DNA from: Candidatus Nomurabacteria bacterium
GTDB lineage: Bacteria; Patescibacteriota; Minisyncoccia; Phycocordibacterales; UBA918
Reading direction: 5' to 3'
DNA length: 64,000 bases
NCBI GenBank assembly: GCA_020632095.1
Contig: JACKGF010000001.1
Span: 262,549 to 326,548 of the forward strand
Shown here: positions 49,123 through 58,054 of the stretch, one piece after another
Position numbering within the stretch: the stretch's first letter is position 1
Layout: every line of letters begins with the position of its first letter
The notes under the pieces: model-generated
What the model saw: the letters and a program-made list of their open reading frames with translations, nothing else
The model's database searches: none
What the model was told of the DNA's origin: nothing
Made by a program: the position numbers and the translations under genes

Positions 49123-49986
49123 CTATTTTGAAAACTCCTCACTCAACTCATCCGACTGATAAAATAACGTACCTAAATATCCAAAGCTATAACTCTGTCC
49201 GCCGACCTTTATGGTAGAACCGGACACCTTAGGGTCAGCTTTTGGCACTGAAGCATTAAAACCGAGATTAAATAAAGTCACCAAAACATCTGGCCGCTCT
49301 GAAATATCATACCCTTGTCGTCGCCACTGACTTTCTACCTCTTTAAGAAAAAGAGCTGTATATAAATATGAATAATAGTGATCCTTTTCATTAGTTAAAC
49401 GTTCAAACAAAACCTGAGATTGATCGTCACCCTCTTGGTAAGACAACAATGAAGCAGCCTCCGGTCCAGGGTAAAACTCTGACGAAGTACTATTGGCATA
49501 TTGTTCAATCAAAAAGGCTGTGTCTTGTTTAATCCCCGAAACTCCAAGCGAAAACTTAGACAAAGAAGCCAATAGCTTGAGTGGCTCAAAATATCGCTTA
49601 AAAACTTCTCGATTGTCAGCAAAAAATCTAATCTGCTCAGGAGTGACCGCGGCGGCAATCATTCTTTCTGAGACTCCAGTTTCTGCAGAAACACGCTTTA
49701 TCACTTCAACGTCTTTAATCAGACCCCCTTTAACCACTTCCCACTGAACTGTCTGATCCCACTCACAAGGATCAACCTGACTGTATTTAGACTGACAACC
49801 ATACTCTGTAGCCAGTGCGATTGTTGTAGTTGGTACGGCTCCAAACCAAGCATTTCGGTTATCAATAGAACCAGGCACATTAAATGAACCTGTCTGCATC
49901 CCGATGTACACAGTTGTCACCACCACTCCAATACCAGCAAAACCAAGTATCACTAACTTCCCCAGGTTCTTTAGAATTTCAATCAT
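49123..49986 (-). CDS. hypothetical membrane-anchored/secreted protein
   Basis: N-terminal transmembrane segment; 287 aa. Confidence 0.4.
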   Translation of the reverse strand: MIEILKNLGKLVILGFAGIGVVVTTVYIGMQTGSFNVPGSIDNRNAWFGAVPTTTIALATEYGCQSKYSQVDPCEWDQTVQWEVVKGGLIKDVEVIKRVSAETGVSERMIAAAVTPEQIRFFADNREVFKRYFEPLKLLASLSKFSLGVSGIKQDTAFLIEQYANSTSSEFYPGPEAASLLSYQEGDDQSQVLFERLTNEKDHYYSYLYTALFLKEVESQWRRQGYDISERPDVLVTLFNLGFNASVPKADPKVSGSTIKVGGQSYSFGYLGTLFYQSDELSEEFSK

Positions 49987-50207
49987 GTTGCAAGATTGTT
50001 ATTTTGCACTATGAAAATCTATTTGGGAAGCAGTTTCGTTTATTCGACTACTATGATGCTGTTTAGTCCAATTTCATACCCAAATTGTCACTTTAGTTGA
50101 GCATATAAAATTTGAAACCCTTTGCAGTCTGCCCACTTGTCAGCCAAATCTAATATTGTTAACCTTTAGGTTCAATTATTCATTCCTAACACTTTCTATC
50201 CTACTCT

Positions 50208-50939
50208 ATGAAATTCCTCATCATCCAGCTTCGACCCGAAAACGAAGCCTCCGACAATGAATTCGCTGCTTTCTTATCTATGAGCGGACTCAAAATTGAC
50301 GAGGTGGACAGAATCCGCATGGAAATATCAGGTCTGCCCGCCATCTCCGCTCGTGACTACGCCGGTGTTATTGTCGGTGGTGGATCTAGCAATGTCAGTG
50401 ACCCTGAAGAAAAGAAACCTGATTTCCAACGTAAATTTGAAGCTGACCTGCAACCACTGCTAACTGAAATATATGAATACGACGTACCTTTTCTAGGAGC
50501 CTGCTATGGCTTTGGGGCTTTAGTGCAACACCAAAAAGGAATTGTTTCTAAAGAAAAGTATGGCGAACCAGTAGGAGTAACTGTGTTGAAGAAGACAGCA
50601 GAAGGTAAACTAGATCCTCTAACCAAAGACCTGCCTGATACTTTTGAAGCCTTTTGTGGACACAAGGAAGCCTGTCAATTACTACCACCAGATGCTGTCA
50701 ACCTACTTACCTCAGACACCTGCCCCATCCAATTATTCCGCCTGAAAGAAAACATCTACGCCACTCAGTTCCATCCGGAGTTGGATACTGAAGGAATAAT
50801 CGTACGTATCAATACCTACAAACACGCCGGTTACTTCCCTCCCGAGGAAGCCGATACTCTTATTAAAGCAGTCGAAAAAGAAAATGTCTTTGTCCCAGCA
50901 ACAATCTTACGTAATTTTGTCGACAGATACCGTAAATAG
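50208..50939 (+). CDS. class I glutamine amidotransferase-like protein
   Basis: Nucleophile elbow GACYG and QFHPE His region of the GATase1 triad. Confidence 0.65.
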   Translation: MKFLIIQLRPENEASDNEFAAFLSMSGLKIDEVDRIRMEISGLPAISARDYAGVIVGGGSSNVSDPEEKKPDFQRKFEADLQPLLTEIYEYDVPFLGACYGFGALVQHQKGIVSKEKYGEPVGVTVLKKTAEGKLDPLTKDLPDTFEAFCGHKEACQLLPPDAVNLLTSDTCPIQLFRLKENIYATQFHPELDTEGIIVRINTYKHAGYFPPEEADTLIKAVEKENVFVPATILRNFVDRYRK

Positions 50940-51117
50940 CTAATTGCTTGAATCAGAACCAAACTACGATTCAAACTTAATACAACAACTGATCCCAGCC
51001 TCACAATCACCACTTCCCCCCAAGCAAAATTTTTGTTATAAATACCCTCACGAGCTTAGCCTCTCGTACAACATTTTCTATTTGTAATATAAATTATAAA
51101 TAAAAAATCAAAAATTT

Positions 51118-51189
51118 GGTCCCATCGTCTAGCGGCTAGGACACTTGGTTCTCATCCAAGAAACCGGGGTTCGATTCCCCGTGGGATCA
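51118..51189 (+). tRNA. tRNA-Glu (anticodon CUC), CCA not encoded
   Basis: Cloverleaf: acceptor GGTCCCA / TGGGATC, D-arm GTCTAGCGGCTAGGAC, anticodon stem CTTGG/CCAAG with loop TTCTCAT, T-arm CGGGG TTCGATT CCCCG. Resembles bacterial tRNA-Glu. Confidence 0.75.
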
Positions 51190-51238
51190 CAAATCAGCCG
51201 GCCGAAATGTGAATACATTTCGGTCGTTGCTGTTTGTA

Positions 51239-51257
51239 GGTCCCACGGGGAATCGAA
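51239..51257. repeat. inverted copy of the tRNA-Glu T-arm/acceptor 3' segment
   Basis: GGTCCCACGGGGAATCGAA is the reverse complement of TTCGATTCCCCGTGGGACC (1 mismatch vs the tRNA). Confidence 0.6.
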
Positions 51258-51373
51258 GAGAGCTTCTGGCGAAGCCGGACGAGAAAGCCTTCTCGTCCGA
51301 ACAGAAGCGGCGGGGTCGCGTAACACAATATTTTTGAAGCTTTAGCTGAAGAAAATATTGATGTGAAGGTGAC

Positions 51374-51393
51374 CGATTCCCCGTGGGATCACA
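51374..51393. repeat. 20-bp direct repeat of the tRNA-Glu 3' end (CGATTCCCCGTGGGATCACA); att-like
   Basis: Identical to 51172..51191 inside the tRNA. Confidence 0.65.
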
Positions 51394-51448
51394 CATTGAC
51401 AAAACACTATTTTAGTGTATTATTTTAATAGTTTTGATTATCCTCCAG

Positions 51449-52400
51449 CTACCCCTCAAGTAGGACAGATTGCTCATAATAATACTCACTCGAAATCCTA
51501 AAATCAATACACTCTTTCGGTCGGTCATTCAAGAAGGCATGAATCTCATTCAATTCTTCTTGAGTAACAGACGCAATGTCTCTCCGCTTTGGAACAAAGC
51601 ATCTAATCCAACGATTAGTATTCTCTACCAGTCCCTTCTCCCAAGAATGATAAGGGTGGCAGAAATAGATTGGAGCCTGTATGATTTGTTCTAGTTCCGT
51701 CCAGTGACGGAATGCAATGTCGTTGTCGGTGGTGATACTCTTGACTATAATATTGCTAAACATTTTAGAGAACGCTGCACTGATTGTGTGGCGTTTTCTA
51801 TTGGGTAACTGACGTACCAAGCTGTATTTAGTTAAACGGTCAGTAGCCACTAGAAGTACGTATGGACTGTACTTAGAGACAATGAAGTCTAGTTCATAGT
51901 GACCTAGCTCATGGCTACCAAGAGGACGAATATCTATATATTTACGGCCATCATCAGTTGAGTTTATGTGTGGTCCGTTTCGGACCACTTTTTCTTTTTG
52001 TTCCAACGCCAGAATAGTCGATATTCCAGACCACGACTTTCTATGAACTTGTATATAGCTTTGGCGGAACAGGTAACACCGAGCTCTCGTTTGAGATGTC
52101 CACTGATTTGTTTAGGGGTCCACTTCTGCTCTAGTTTGTCTTCTACGAAGCTTACTAGGAAACTATCCATTGCCACCTTGAGACACTGACGTTTAGCCCG
52201 CCAACGACGTTGACGTTTACTTTTAGTTGGGCTTGCTTGGCGTCATAGACTCCATTAACCCTATTCTTCTTTAGTTCCTGACTGATGGTGTTGGGACTAC
52301 GTTTGAGGAAGATGGCTATTTCTCTGATCAAACTCCCTGCGTTCAATAACTTTTCAATTACGAAACGCTCCTCAAATTGTATGTGTCTGTATGTTTTCAT
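51449..52400 (-). pseudogene. frameshifted IS30-family transposase
   Basis: HTH N-terminus (SLIREIAIFLKRSPNTISQEL) and the DDE C-terminus (HPYHSWEKGLVENTNRWIRCFVPK) lie in different frames. Confidence 0.65.
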
Positions 52401-52439
52401 AGACAGCTAATTTACTTTATAGCTGTCCTACTTCAAAGG
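51454..52439 (-). mobile_element. degenerate IS30-family element with terminal inverted repeats (CTGTCCTACTT.A..GG)
   Basis: The transposase reading frame is broken into three ORFs (51449..52006, 51964..52176, 52155..52400). The IRs are CCTCAAGTAGGACAG at 51454 and CTGTCCTACTTCAAAGG at 52423. Confidence 0.65.
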
Positions 52440-52479
52440 TGTCTGGGGGTATTCTTTCCACTAACATGCGAGGTATCGA

Positions 52480-52932
52480 ATGTCCACAACAGCACAACCA
52501 CAACAACCTTCTCACGACTTTTGGTCAGATCTTGTAGAAGGTACTGATTACAAACCTAAAGGCAACTGGGAACCCATCGGAAGACAGCAAGCTCCGAACG
52601 CTGATTGTCACACGGCAGCCGGTTATGTTTACTTCACATTCGATCCGGCAAAGAAGCACGAAATGACTGAACCGATCCCATTTGAACTGCTTCCGGTTAA
52701 TTGGCTCAAAGAAGACCAGAGATATCGTGCCTCATTCGGATACTTGGTTCGTCGTGCCGACACGGAAGAAATTGTCGCCATCATACACCAAGGAAACGGC
52801 TGGTGGTGGAAGTTTCGTCTCAAGCAACAATCAAAGCAGTACCTAGAAACAGTAGACAAAAATGGTTGGGCTTGGCAAACACTCACAAAGTGTATGTTTG
52901 GTCGAATCTTCCACCATTTGCACGAGAAGTAA
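52480..52932 (+). CDS. hypothetical Trp-rich protein between the two IS30 elements
   Basis: 150-aa ORF; GC about 48%, above background. Confidence 0.35.
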   Translation: MSTTAQPQQPSHDFWSDLVEGTDYKPKGNWEPIGRQQAPNADCHTAAGYVYFTFDPAKKHEMTEPIPFELLPVNWLKEDQRYRASFGYLVRRADTEEIVAIIHQGNGWWWKFRLKQQSKQYLETVDKNGWAWQTLTKCMFGRIFHHLHEK

Positions 52933-53054
52933 CCTCAAGGTAACTCCCCGATCCTAAAGACCATATGGTTCGCCCAGTGGTCTTTTTTATGTATAGACAA
53001 CATCTGTTTCACAATACGGTTCCAATTCGTACTACTTAGGCCTAAGTTCAATAA

Positions 53055-54083
53055 GTAAGTGCAACACTTTAATATAATTAAAGTGTTATGCAATACAACC
53101 ATTTATCAATAGAAGAGCGCGAAAAAATCCAAGAACTTCTCTGGCAAAAGAAATCCATCAGACACATAGCCAAAGAACTGGGGCGTAGCCCCAGTTCTAT
53201 TGCACGTGAGATCAAGAAAAACAACTCACAACAAAAGAAACGGTACACACCTAGACTGGCACACGAACGCGCCCTAAAGAAGCGCTCTTCTCGTGGTCAA
53301 TCTAAACTAGAGACTGACGCTGTATTGTGTGACTACGTCACCACTCACTTAAAACTAGGCTGGTCACCAGAGCAAATAGCAGCCACCGCTCCTAGTCACA
53401 TATCTCATGAAGCTATCTATCAATATGTCTATGCTCAGGTGTACCGAAACGGACACGGTTACGTTAAACCAGGTAGAGAAGACTTGCGACCATATTTAGC
53501 TCGTAGAAAGAAGCGTCGTACTCCCCAAGGACTACGTAAATCACACAGAATCCTCAAAGGAACCCTGCCTTCTATAGACGATAGACCTGAAGTGGTTAAT
53601 CTCCGTACGGAGATAGGTCACTGGGAAGATGACTTGGTCGTATCACGTGAGTCAGCTGATAATTTGAAAACAATTAACGAGAGAGTCTCTGGTATTGTGT
53701 TTATCTCTAAGGTACCTGATGGTACTGCTGAAGCTGGTGATACTGCCGTATCACAACGTTTGAAGAACGTTCCAAAGGAATACCGTCAGACACTCACTCG
53801 TGACCGAGGGTCAGAGAATGTTAAGTATGAAAAACTGGCTACTGAACTAAACATTCAGATATTCTTTGCCCACCCCTATAGTTCTTTCGAGCGTGGCAGC
53901 AATGAAAACCTTAACGGTTTGATACGTCGGTTCTTTCCGAAGAAGACTAACTTTCAGTTAGTCACCGATGCTGAGATACGGAGAGTTGAGTATCTCCTTA
54001 ACTCTCGTCCGCGCAAGAGACTTGGCTGGAAGACTCCCTATGAGGTATTCTATGAACTTACGGGTGTTGCACTTCAAGTTTGA
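53055..54083 (+). mobile_element. IS30-family insertion sequence, apparently intact
   Basis: Imperfect IRs around GTGTTGCACTT (53055..53070 and 54065..54080). An extra IRR-like copy GGGTGTTGCAGTTCAAACC lies at 54104..54122. Confidence 0.6.
53088..54083 (+). CDS. IS30-family DDE transposase
   Basis: N-terminal HTH (SIRHIAKELGRSPSSIAREI), DDE core, and C-terminal HPYSSFERGSNENLNGLIRRFFPK. Confidence 0.8.
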   Translation: MQYNHLSIEEREKIQELLWQKKSIRHIAKELGRSPSSIAREIKKNNSQQKKRYTPRLAHERALKKRSSRGQSKLETDAVLCDYVTTHLKLGWSPEQIAATAPSHISHEAIYQYVYAQVYRNGHGYVKPGREDLRPYLARRKKRRTPQGLRKSHRILKGTLPSIDDRPEVVNLRTEIGHWEDDLVVSRESADNLKTINERVSGIVFISKVPDGTAEAGDTAVSQRLKNVPKEYRQTLTRDRGSENVKYEKLATELNIQIFFAHPYSSFERGSNENLNGLIRRFFPKKTNFQLVTDAEIRRVEYLLNSRPRKRLGWKTPYEVFYELTGVALQV

Positions 54084-54193
54084 ATCTACCGTATGGTATT
54101 TGGAGGGTGTTGCAGTTCAAACCAGAATTTAAGTATCCCCATTACCTAATGGTTGATAATTTGTTGTCTCATTTTAAGGGGGCGGACCGTGCA

Positions 54194-54439
54194 TCACTTC
54201 GGATGGTTAATGATTGAAACAATAATGTAGTGAGGATCTACAATATGGAAGTAGAAACGATAACTTTTATTAATTCTTCCTTGCCAAAGATTTTCAAAAC
54301 CTTGATACTTTTTTGTTTTTAGTGAGGGGTGTCTGAAATCCTCAATCAAATATGAAAACTGTTTATCTGTCTTTTTTTGAAGCTGTTTTGGTAATGACTT
54401 ATATTGCTTAATCGCTCCATCGGTAAGCCTAATCAACAT
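54194..54439 (-). CDS. type II toxin, RelE/ParE superfamily
   Basis: 81 aa with RelE-like C-terminal pattern (KSYRFYFHIVD...IIVSIINHPK). Overlaps the upstream antitoxin gene by 11 nt. Confidence 0.6.
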   Translation of the reverse strand: MLIRLTDGAIKQYKSLPKQLQKKTDKQFSYLIEDFRHPSLKTKKYQGFENLWQGRINKSYRFYFHIVDPHYIIVSIINHPK

Positions 54440-54713
54440 ACTGTTTTAGCTTCTTATGGAACTCGGTAGTGCTACCAAACTCAATATACTTACCCCGCTT
54501 GATATCTTCAAGACCTTGAGTAAGTGCTTGTGCTAAATCACTATCAACTGTCGATGTCTGTGCTTCAAGAATTATTCTTCCGTTTACTTGCTGGACAGTA
54601 AGTATCTGTCCCTCTTTGAGCGAAAGGGAATCACGTAGTTTTTTAGGAAGTGTAAGCAATCCACGTTGTTGTAATTTGATTGTATTCATGAATTCAGTAT
54701 ATATGAATTTCAT
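54429..54713 (-). CDS. type II antitoxin, AbrB/MazE (SpoVT-AbrB) fold
   Basis: KLQQRGLLTLPKKLRDSLSLKEGQILTVQQVNGRIILEA swapped-hairpin domain. Confidence 0.6.
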   Translation of the reverse strand: MKFIYTEFMNTIKLQQRGLLTLPKKLRDSLSLKEGQILTVQQVNGRIILEAQTSTVDSDLAQALTQGLEDIKRGKYIEFGSTTEFHKKLKQYVD

Positions 54714-54832
54714 CTTTTGTACAGTCCAACATCTCTCTCTTAAATAGCCTCAGACTTTCTAAAATCTTGTATTCAAAACTATGATTAAGTGACGTATTAC
54801 TCACAAAATTTCAAAATCGGTGGAGTGGTAAT

Positions 54833-54958
54833 GGGGATAAGTCCGTTATTTTAGCTATTTCTACCTTCCGGAGGTCGGTCCTTCGTAAAACTTTTGTGTG
54901 CTGTAATATTTAGCGTTAATACAAAGGTAATAGGGATACGTGTTATTTTTGTTTATTT
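54833..54958. repeat. second locus of the GGGGATA.GTCCGTTATTTT.GCTATTT motif family (two copies plus embedded imperfect palindrome)
   Basis: Copies at 54833..54860 and 54930..54958 match 13657..13684. GTGTGcTgTAATATTTAgc (54896..54914) matches the tail of the 13.6-kb copy. Confidence 0.6.
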
Positions 54959-55100
54959 TATGCTTTAAATTAAACTCCATTCAAAAATTACAACCCGGTT
55001 TTAGTATAACTACTCCCTATTACCTCTTGAACATTTTACTCATGAGATAAAAAAGACCCCTCTCCATGTGGGGTCTAATTGGTGCCGGGTCTGTGTCTTG

Positions 55101-55382
55101 CTAACTCCGCAAGCTTGAATGATATCGAGACCAAGCCATTCGCAACTCTCGAATACGGCGTGAGTTGTCGCCACCGAAAGAGATACCTTTCATGACCTTT
55201 TCGACATCCTCGGTAAGCACTCCGTTTTTTTTAAGCTCAAACTCTCGCAACAACTCTTCTCTTGTTTTAAGCAACTGACCCATTCTTCTCTCCTTCTCTG
55301 TTAAATGATTACTAAAGTAATGCATTTTGCATAATACAACTATCAACATAAAATACAATACTAAATAGATAGGGACAATCAT
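55101..55382 (-). CDS. hypothetical small protein with N-terminal TM helix
   Basis: 93-aa ORF in the island. Confidence 0.3.
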   Translation of the reverse strand: MIVPIYLVLYFMLIVVLCKMHYFSNHLTEKERRMGQLLKTREELLREFELKKNGVLTEDVEKVMKGISFGGDNSRRIRELRMAWSRYHSSLRS

Positions 55383-55518
55383 GATTTCCCGAACTCCTAC
55401 CGTTCTTTCCGTCTTTTCCAGCTTTTATTTTAAAACAATTTCATCAACCCAACTATCCTTGCTATTTTGATCTCCGGTATCAACTCGAATGAGCAGTGGC
55501 ATGGATGTATTAAATAAC

Positions 55519-55545
55519 TACGGAGGACCGTCCTCCGTAGATGCA
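55519..55545. repeat. perfect hairpin CTACGGAGGA ccg TCCTCCGTAG
   Basis: 10-bp stem, intergenic. Confidence 0.5.
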
Positions 55546-55685
55546 ATTTTAGACTGGAGCGAAAAAAATGTATGTCATTTTTAACCCACTAAAATCAACC
55601 GCCCTTCCCCGCCCTTCACACCGTTCGCAAACTCACGGCGATAGGCTTTATAGGTAAATAGACTAGTTGCAAGCGGATCAAAAAG

Positions 55686-55967
55686 CTACTGCATGTAATC
55701 AATAACAATTTCAATTATGCTTTTAGTCTCGTCAGAGCAATTCTTAAAACTTATACGATCCAATACATTAACGCCGTAATTTCTAATCAGCTCACTCAAT
55801 AATGCGTGACAAAAAGATTGAGTTAATGACTCAACATTTTCAAAATCTAACACCAAGTCTTCACCACCTTCCAAAATTGGTGTAATTAACTCTAATCTGA
55901 TGTTCTTAGCCTTATCTTTATCTTCCGCAAACGAACCAGCTATTGGATAAATTTCTATTATTTTCAT
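55686..55967 (-). CDS. STAS-like small protein (DUF4325-type anti-sigma-antagonist-like fold), partner of the upstream GHKL ATPase
   Basis: 93 aa. Overlaps the upstream gene's stop by 4 nt (ATGA). Size and composition fit DUF4325/STAS-like proteins; assignment is by similarity, not proven. Confidence 0.45.
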   Translation of the reverse strand: MKIIEIYPIAGSFAEDKDKAKNIRLELITPILEGGEDLVLDFENVESLTQSFCHALLSELIRNYGVNVLDRISFKNCSDETKSIIEIVIDYMQ

Positions 55968-56938
55968 ATAAATTTAGGCTTTTTATATTTTTTTTCTCGT
56001 CTGGAGCGGACAGTAGAAGTGTATACCTCACGAATACTTTGTAATAATGCGGAAAAATTTTCGTTATCATCTAGGGTCATATCAACACCAATTACCGTAC
56101 CATTCCATATAGGCAGTCCTTCTTCTAAAGTGTGACGGTCAGCAAAAGGATCACTATTTAAACCCGTGTCAGGTTTTTGCTTTTTTAACAATTTAAACAA
56201 GGTGTCACCACTATATATTACAAAATAGTCCTCATTTATTCGAGAGATAGACTTAGTAAAAAATAAACCCGCTCCTGCATTATAGTCAGTACCACCTTCC
56301 TTACTTGTTGTCCCAGTAATTCCTGGTGTTAATGCTAGTTGGATAGCATCCTTATCTGTCTTAACAATATGAAAGCGACTGATTGTTTTTTTAATACCAA
56401 CCCCGGTATCTACAATTCCAAGGCGTACTGTATTCGTTTTAGCATGATATTGAGCAGCAACAAAAGCTCCATGTTCTGAAGCAGAGTGCTCGAGAACATT
56501 TCTCACTAATTCACTTACTATATATTTTATCGACTGAGACTGCTGCTTATCAAGATGAAGTAAAGGAATCATATCTTCAATGAAATGAGAGAGAACTTTT
56601 GCATCCTTAATTTGAGTAATCGGTATAAAACGCCCTGCTGATTCATGTTCAACAATATCCATTTCAGAATTCAATTGAAGAAACCGGAAAAGACGCATCC
56701 TCTCGAAATAGTGTTTTGAAGTAGCAGTAAATTTCTCGCACAAAATTGGTTTTTCTTGATCACTTTCTGCACGAACTTTTACACCTAAAGAAGCAATCAT
56801 ACACAAAACAACAGGATGAACAGACATCCATTTTTCATTTGCTGTTATGTAAATTTCTTCGGGATTAGAAAAATCTACCAACTTAATAAATGCATTTATA
56901 TTGCCCAGAAACGCACTATTTGGAATATGTATTTTCAT
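55964..56938 (-). CDS. GHKL-family ATPase (RsbW/HATPase_c_2-like) with about 140-aa N-terminal domain of unknown function
   Basis: N-box ELVRNVLEHS, G1 DTGVGI, G2 GAGLFFT of histidine-kinase-like ATPases. Confidence 0.6.
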   Translation of the reverse strand: MKIHIPNSAFLGNINAFIKLVDFSNPEEIYITANEKWMSVHPVVLCMIASLGVKVRAESDQEKPILCEKFTATSKHYFERMRLFRFLQLNSEMDIVEHESAGRFIPITQIKDAKVLSHFIEDMIPLLHLDKQQSQSIKYIVSELVRNVLEHSASEHGAFVAAQYHAKTNTVRLGIVDTGVGIKKTISRFHIVKTDKDAIQLALTPGITGTTSKEGGTDYNAGAGLFFTKSISRINEDYFVIYSGDTLFKLLKKQKPDTGLNSDPFADRHTLEEGLPIWNGTVIGVDMTLDDNENFSALLQSIREVYTSTVRSRREKKYKKPKFI

Positions 56939-56953
56939 ATAACTTACCTACTA

Positions 56954-56987
56954 TACCGGGAATTTACTAAAAACACAATTCCCGGTA
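56954..56987. promoter_or_regulatory. 34-bp palindromic operator, copy 1 (TACCGGGAATT-N12-AATTCCCGGTA)
   Basis: Perfect 11-bp inverted arms, 16 nt upstream of the GHKL ATPase start. Confidence 0.6.
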
Positions 56988-57021
56988 ATTTAAGCCATAT
57001 TTTGACAATTTTGTATATTTT

Positions 57022-57055
57022 TACCGGGAATTTACTAAAAACACAATTCCCGGTA
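57022..57055. promoter_or_regulatory. 34-bp palindromic operator, copy 2 (identical direct repeat of copy 1)
   Basis: Identical 35-nt unit TACCGGGAATTTACTAAAAACACAATTCCCGGTAA. The two copies bracket an AT-rich putative promoter segment (TTGACA at 57002..57007). Confidence 0.6.
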
Positions 57056-57115
57056 AAATTTCTTTATACTTAGGTACGAACGGGTCCCAAATCGCTCCCT
57101 TTAGGGTCACTAGCA

Positions 57116-57146
57116 GAAAAAGAGCACGCCTAGCGTGCTCTTTTTT
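57116..57146. terminator. bidirectional rho-independent terminator
   Basis: AAAAAGAGCACGCctagGCGTGCTCTTTTTT. Confidence 0.6.
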
Positions 57147-57343
57147 CGACACAATATCTAGTTTCAATGATTACTCTTTAACGATAAGTGATTCTGTTAA
57201 AAGCCTTTGTTTTCATACACTTTATGTTACTAAAGTGTTGCGTTAGATTCTTGAAGGTAGCTTACGTAAGCTTGACTATACCTAATAAATAGGTTATATT
57301 TTAAAGTGGCTGTCCACACTCGGATAAACAAAGGAGAAACACT

Positions 57344-57775
57344 ATGAGAATCAGCACACTCTTTTCCATTCTTTCCCTCTTCGTCATCACCCCGATGGCG
57401 ATCCACCTAGGAGAAAAAACCGACTGGTTGTGGATCAATGGAGCCGGCAGCCGCGACGCAATCGAATCCGCTTGCGCCATGATCTTTATCATCGGTTGCC
57501 TCGCTTTGTGGTACAGGCTGTCTTGGATGTCTATTGACAGTGATCGGCAAGAAAGAGGAGACTTCAATCACATGATCATCATGGGCCTTACAACTATGCT
57601 GAGTGCTTTCTGCTTCAGCTATCTGTACGCCTTCACCGTTGCACCAATCAAGAATGGTGTTTGGTTCGACGGATGGCTGATTTACATGGTCATAGGGCTG
57701 CTTCCGGTCATCATGGAGCTCAATTGCTCTGTTGGAGAAATTATCAAAAACCGAAGCGCTCGAAGCATTCATTAA
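57344..57775 (+). CDS. orphan 4-TM membrane protein with own promoter, strong RBS and terminator
   Basis: Promoter TTGACT-17-TATATT (57270..57298), RBS AAAGGAGAAA, ORF 143 aa at about 49% GC, terminator 57806..57843. Minus-strand ORFs overlapping it are judged spurious. Confidence 0.55.
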   Translation: MRISTLFSILSLFVITPMAIHLGEKTDWLWINGAGSRDAIESACAMIFIIGCLALWYRLSWMSIDSDRQERGDFNHMIIMGLTTMLSAFCFSYLYAFTVAPIKNGVWFDGWLIYMVIGLLPVIMELNCSVGEIIKNRSARSIH

Positions 57776-58054
57776 TGCATCCGCCTGCCAAGGTGAAACA
57801 GGAATCGCCTGGCTCACACTTGGGTCAGGCGGTTTTCTTTTTATTTTAAAGAACCCCTTGCAAGGAAATAGAGGAGGAAATAGGATCATCAAAAATGGGG
57901 TCATGACCCATTCTTAGGGCGAACACCTCCTCACAGTATGTTCAAGATGCAAGGAATCTATAAGTGCTCCCCGCCATACATCTCCACCTAATGACACGCC
58001 ATTAACCACCACCTGACGAACTTCCTTGACCACTTATATAGGAATCAATACACA

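Noticed and set aside
51129-51402. Three short ORFs (51129..51326 -, 51145..51345 +, 51187..51402 -) across the tRNA-Glu and its repeated 3'-end fragments.
   Set aside because: The region is a tRNA gene plus att-like repeats. The ORFs are stop-free runs in GC-richer structured RNA/repeat sequence.
57301-57917. Minus-strand ORFs 57301..57567 and 57407..57904 and plus-strand ORFs 57661..57917 overlapping the 57344..57775 membrane-protein gene.
   Set aside because: The plus-strand gene has a promoter, strong RBS and terminator. The overlapping frames lack these and arise from the locally elevated GC.
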